From NCBI GenBank assembly GCA_963575745.1, contig CAUYUJ010000003.1, positions 310,001 to 374,000 on the forward strand: a DNA stretch of 64,000 bases, given 5' to 3'. This document shows, piece by piece, positions 60,401-64,000 of the stretch (position 1 is its first letter; every line of letters begins with the position of its first letter). A program made the position numbers and the translations under genes. Source of the stretch: Prorocentrum cordatum (lineage: Eukaryota). Under the pieces are notes generated by a model. That model saw only the letters and a list, made by a program, of their open reading frames with translations. It made no database searches and was not told where the DNA came from.

Positions 60401-63400
60401 GGCGGATGGCAATGGCAATTGACAGTCCACTCCGAAACAAACAAGGAGCACAACACAACCATGACACGTCGGCCCCTCGGGCATCCCAAACTTTTCCAAG
60501 CACATGCCCCGACGCGCAAACAACACGTGTTCTAATGGTAGACACGGGCCTGCGCAGTTGCAACCAAGCGTGTACCCAACCAACGTGGTAAACGCGATCA
60601 TTCCCCTGACTACCTATCCGTCATGTTGCCCCTTGGCACGTAGTGGACACTCTCAGTTCCCTAATGGTCCGCACTGTTACTGTAAAAACATGTTGAAGGT
60701 TGATGGCTCTAGCTCTCGTGCCAGTTCTCGAGATGCTTGCTGAGGTCGCTACCAAACCCGATCCTGGAGCCCATGGAGGACACAGGCGCTCGCAGGGGCC
60801 TTTGGGACTTCCCAAGATGTCTCAAGACTGGAAGCCTGAAGTATGCGCGCAAGCTTAGTGCAACTGTTTCGGCCTCAAGAGCTTCCCGCACAGCCCAAGG
60901 GGCACCCGAGATGGCCCCGGCACGTTCACCGAGAAGCCGCTCAGACTGTCCCAAGAGGGGGCCCACACTGGGGACCGCAAGCGGACCCCAGGGACACAAA
61001 TTTGGAGTCCGCCATTTCTCCATAACATGGCGCGAATACCCTCAGCAGACTTCCAGGACCCCCCCTGTAAGAAATGTTGAAGGAGCGCATCGGCCCTGTG
61101 ACGTTTCCGCGAAGCAGCGCTACAGCGTGACTTCTCCACCAGTGGCGCGGAAATCTGCAACATGCCTCTGAGCGCCCTTTCCCTCCTCCTCCTGTTTTTC
61201 CTCCTCCTCCTCCTCCTCCTCCTCCTCCTCCTCCTCCTCCTCCTCCTTCTCCTCCCAGCACGACCCTCTCGGGGACATGGTTGGGAATGCGCTGTTGGCG
61301 CCCACCGTCCCCACCGCGCCCCCCAGAGACCTGCAAGCCGGGCGCGGTGGTGGGCTGGGCCGATCCGCCACCACCTCTCGTTTCGTCGCAGGGGCTCGTG
61401 GCGTGGCAGGTTCCCGGGGGAGGGGGGGGATGGGGCAGAACTGAAGACCTCCTGGGGTTCTGGTTATCTAGCTGTCTCGACTGCCCCTCCTCCGAGCACC
61501 GCCCGCGCCCTCCCGCGCCGCGGTGGCCCCTGCCGCCTCGCGGTGGCCGCCCTCGCCCCCTGCTCGGGAGCCCGGCCGCCCAAAGCTTGCCACCAGCCCT
61601 TGGGCCCATGCAAAACAATAGGACCCTGCCCCCATTGCATGACAAAAAACCGCACTCAGGACGCCAAGGCGGCCCTCACGACTGCCAAGGTGGCCCAACA
61701 GTGGCCTCCAAGACGGTCTCGGACGGGCTCCGAGACAGGCAAGATGGTCCCGGACGGCCACCAATACGACCCAATACGGCCCCAGAACAACCCAAGTTGG
61801 CCCCAAGACGGCTCGAGAGGCTGCCAAGGCGCCCCAAGAGGGTCCCAATAGTACTGTACCCCGAAGAGACCTCCGAAAGTCAAATATGTTTGAACACGAT
61901 TCGGTGTCATGAATTGTTCGCGCACTCGCCGATTTGGGCTTCAGAGTGCCCAAGACTGCCCCAACAACCTCCAAGATCGCCCCAAAAAGGGCCAAACGAG
62001 CCCCAATACACCACCCAGAGAGCCAAGACAGCCCCAAGACGCCCCAAGAGGGCGCCAAGCCGTCCCACGAGGACTCTTTGAGGTGCTCCAGACGGCCCAC
62101 GATAGCCCCACGAAGGCCAAGCAAGCCTCTAGGCGGAACGGCCACAAGATATTCACAAGGTAGCCTCGAGGAGCCCCTTCGGCCCAAAGGACACCCCAAG
62201 ACGACCAAAGACCCTGGGTGGCCTCAGACAAACACACAAAGAACGGCCCAGCGAATACCCCATTCGGCCTCGCAGAGATAACCCTTCACTGTGGACACCA
62301 CGCGCTTCATCATTCGTCCTGCCAGCACTTCGGGAACCCAGCATTCCACCACAGACGCGCGAGCTTCACATGGACGATGGGCAACAAGTGCCTTGCGCAC
62401 TTCCACGACGACAGGGGGCGGCGGTGATTCGCCATAGGCGTCCTCGATCCGCTGTCTTCTGGTTCATCGAAGAGGGGCCTGGCGAGCCATGCCTTGCAGA
62501 ACGACGGGTTCTCTCCGAGCCATGCCTTGCAGAGCGAGCCAAGCTTCCCGCGAGCTCTTTCGGCCCATTGCGCTGCTCGCCAAGCCCAAGAAGGCTCAAG
62601 ATGGACCCAAGACGGCACGAGAAGTCCCTAAAGAAGCCCCAGCTCTCCTACGAGTCGCTCACTCAACACATTCCAGCTGCGTTTGTTGTTGGGGTAGTCT
62701 GTCCCCTTTGCCTCCCCCTCTTGGCATGTCAGTCCGCAGCCCATTCGAGCCCCAACATCGCGCTGAGCAGCGACAAGGGCCTGCTATCGCTGCACGCTTA
62801 TCTCAAGCACTCGCTGGACCCAACTGCAATGATTTTACCCTGCTTCCGCTGTCTTGCTTCAGAATGCCCAAGACGACTCAAGATAGACCACGCACCAATA
62901 AGGGCGAAACTTGCCCCAAGAGGGCTTCAAGAGAGCCCCAAGTCGGCCCAAGGCAGCCCCAAATCGTCTCAACAAGGCCCCGCCAGGGTCCCAATACGGC
63001 ACTAGAGAGCCCCACGACTCCTCAAGAGCGCCCCAAGTGGCCCCCAAGATGGCACCAAGAGCCCTCCCCCAGACAGCCTTCAGGGGCCTCTGACGGCCCA
63101 AACGGCCCAAGAACGCCCCAAGACTGTACAAAAGGGCCCAGAGGCAGCCCCAGATGGAGCTCTCCGAGAACGCCCAGGAGGGCGTCCAAAAGCTCCAGAA
63201 GAGCCCAAAAGACAGCGCTTCACATGCGTCTCCGTGTGTCCTGGCAGCCATCCCGACAAGACTTATGGAAATCCTCAATCACTCACAGTCGAGCGAGACG
63301 CTCATTGACGAACGGCCACAGGTGCCTTGCGTGCCTTAGGGGCAGGGGGGCGGCGGTGAGTTTCTGCAGGCGTCTTCGATATGCGACTCACTGCCGTGCG

Positions 63401-63898
63401 CCGCCGACTCAAAAAAACAACACTCGCACCCTCCCGACCCTTGGCTAAAGCATCCTCGAGCTCGGCGATGCGGGCCCATGCGGTCTCGGACTCGCCTCTG
63501 TACCTCGCCACTTGCTCCTGATAGTCAAGAGCAGCACGGTAGGAGAGCACAAGCCTCGATCGCCAAGCCCGCATCAGAATCGTCGTCGTCATACTGCAGA
63601 TCGCCCTCCACGTGCAGTTCACTGGTCCAGGCCCTCCTCGTCAGCCGCAGCCCCCTTCTCTCCCTTCTGCACCTCCTCGTCCTCTTCCTCCTCTTCCTCC
63701 GCCCCTCCTCCCCCGCCTCTCCCATGCCACCCCCATCTCCACTGCCTCTTCTATATTGGTCTGTCTCCACGGTCGCATGCAAGATAGACACGAGAAAAGC
63801 GGATCCTCAGATGTGGCAGCCTTGGTCCTGGCTTCTTCGGCACTTGCCGAACACAGCGATTGCGCCGATCTCAGCTTCGCGACCGCAGCCTCGTCTGC
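46164..63898 (-). CDS. Multi-exon host gene (or pseudogene) for a repetitive coiled-coil protein; exon set is partial and the 5' end is probably outside the window
   Basis: 87-nt A exons at 63431-63517, 56682-56768, 54570-54656, 51142-51228 and 49969-50055 (EQ...R.E...A..R.AELE.ELAK). 93-nt B exons at 63806-63898, 54888-54980 and 53957-54049 (AKL.S.Q..L.A.AE.A....A.LE). A 72-nt exon at 46164-46235. All have AG|G acceptors, donors are mostly GA/GC, and all are phase 0. Confidence 0.7.
47380..48230 (+). repeat. Dispersed CCAAGA(G/C)GCC-rich repeat family, copy 1
   Basis: Short-period CCCAAGAGGCC/CCAAGACG units shared with the copies at 55.2, 59.0, 61.6 and 62.9 kb. Confidence 0.8.
52900..53000. 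repeat. Short minisatellite of (A)TCGACGCTA-like units
   Basis: About 7 degenerate copies. Confidence 0.75.
55160..55860 (+). repeat. Dispersed CCAAGA-rich repeat family, copy 2
   Basis: Same units as copy 1. It shares the internal segment GGG(T/A)ACCCGAAC..ACAT..CGAGCC with the 59-kb copy. Confidence 0.8.
57368..57480. repeat. (CGA)n/(CGC)n microsatellite
   Basis: Direct reading of the sequence. Confidence 0.9.
58154..58245 (-). pseudogene. Broken B-type exon copy (in-frame TAG and 1-nt deletion)
   Basis: It reads TREAEGA*LESSQSRLSADAE and aligns to the B exons. TAG at 58222-24 replaces the conserved Lys AAG, and the length is 92 nt rather than 93. Confidence 0.7.
58588..58860. repeat. 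12-13 bp minisatellite (GGGTCGCGGG(G)T)n
   Basis: About 20 tandem copies. Confidence 0.92.
59010..59720 (+). repeat. Dispersed CCAAGA-rich repeat family, copy 3
   Basis: Same repeat units as copies 1 and 2. Confidence 0.8.
61640..63215 (+). repeat. Dispersed CCAAGA-rich repeat family, copies 4-5 (61640-62220, 62850-63215, fragment near 62580)
   Basis: Same repeat units, interrupted by unique sequence. Confidence 0.75.
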
Positions 63899-64000
63899 CT
63901 TTGCGGCGGTGGTGCAATGCTGAGGGCGATGGCGTTGGAAACACGACAACGCTGAGTTTCGTTGGCTAGGCTACCAGGGCTACCTGGCGCACTTTCAGAC

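Noticed and set aside
47380..63215. CCAAGA(T)GGC repeats as amplified SL derivatives
   Set aside because: Similarity to the SL reverse complement is limited to about 10 nt with mismatches, and the CCGTAG part is never present.

Overview
GC-rich eukaryotic nuclear DNA, almost certainly from a dinoflagellate: it holds a perfect 22-nt dinoflagellate spliced leader (SL), and the putative exons use AG|G acceptors with GA/GC donors. Bases 1-41,000 are a cluster of six non-LTR (LINE) retrotransposons, labelled A-F, with five on the minus strand, separated by GC-rich satellites and microsatellites. Element A is the best preserved. It is one reading frame of about 2,000 codons with three in-frame stops and no frameshift, fusing an ORF1-like region, an OTU-type cysteine protease, two C2H2 fingers, an APE endonuclease and RT, with ubiquitin-like LRGG/LRGA motifs at domain junctions. 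Elements B and D begin at an SL or SL relic. Bases ~46,000-64,000 contain short minus-strand exons of a repetitive coiled-coil host gene built from 93-nt and 87-nt modules, with introns full of dispersed CCAAGA-type repeats. There are no rRNA, tRNA or CRISPR features, and most ORF-track ORFs are GC-rich shadow ORFs. All calls come from manual motif reading; no database search was run.
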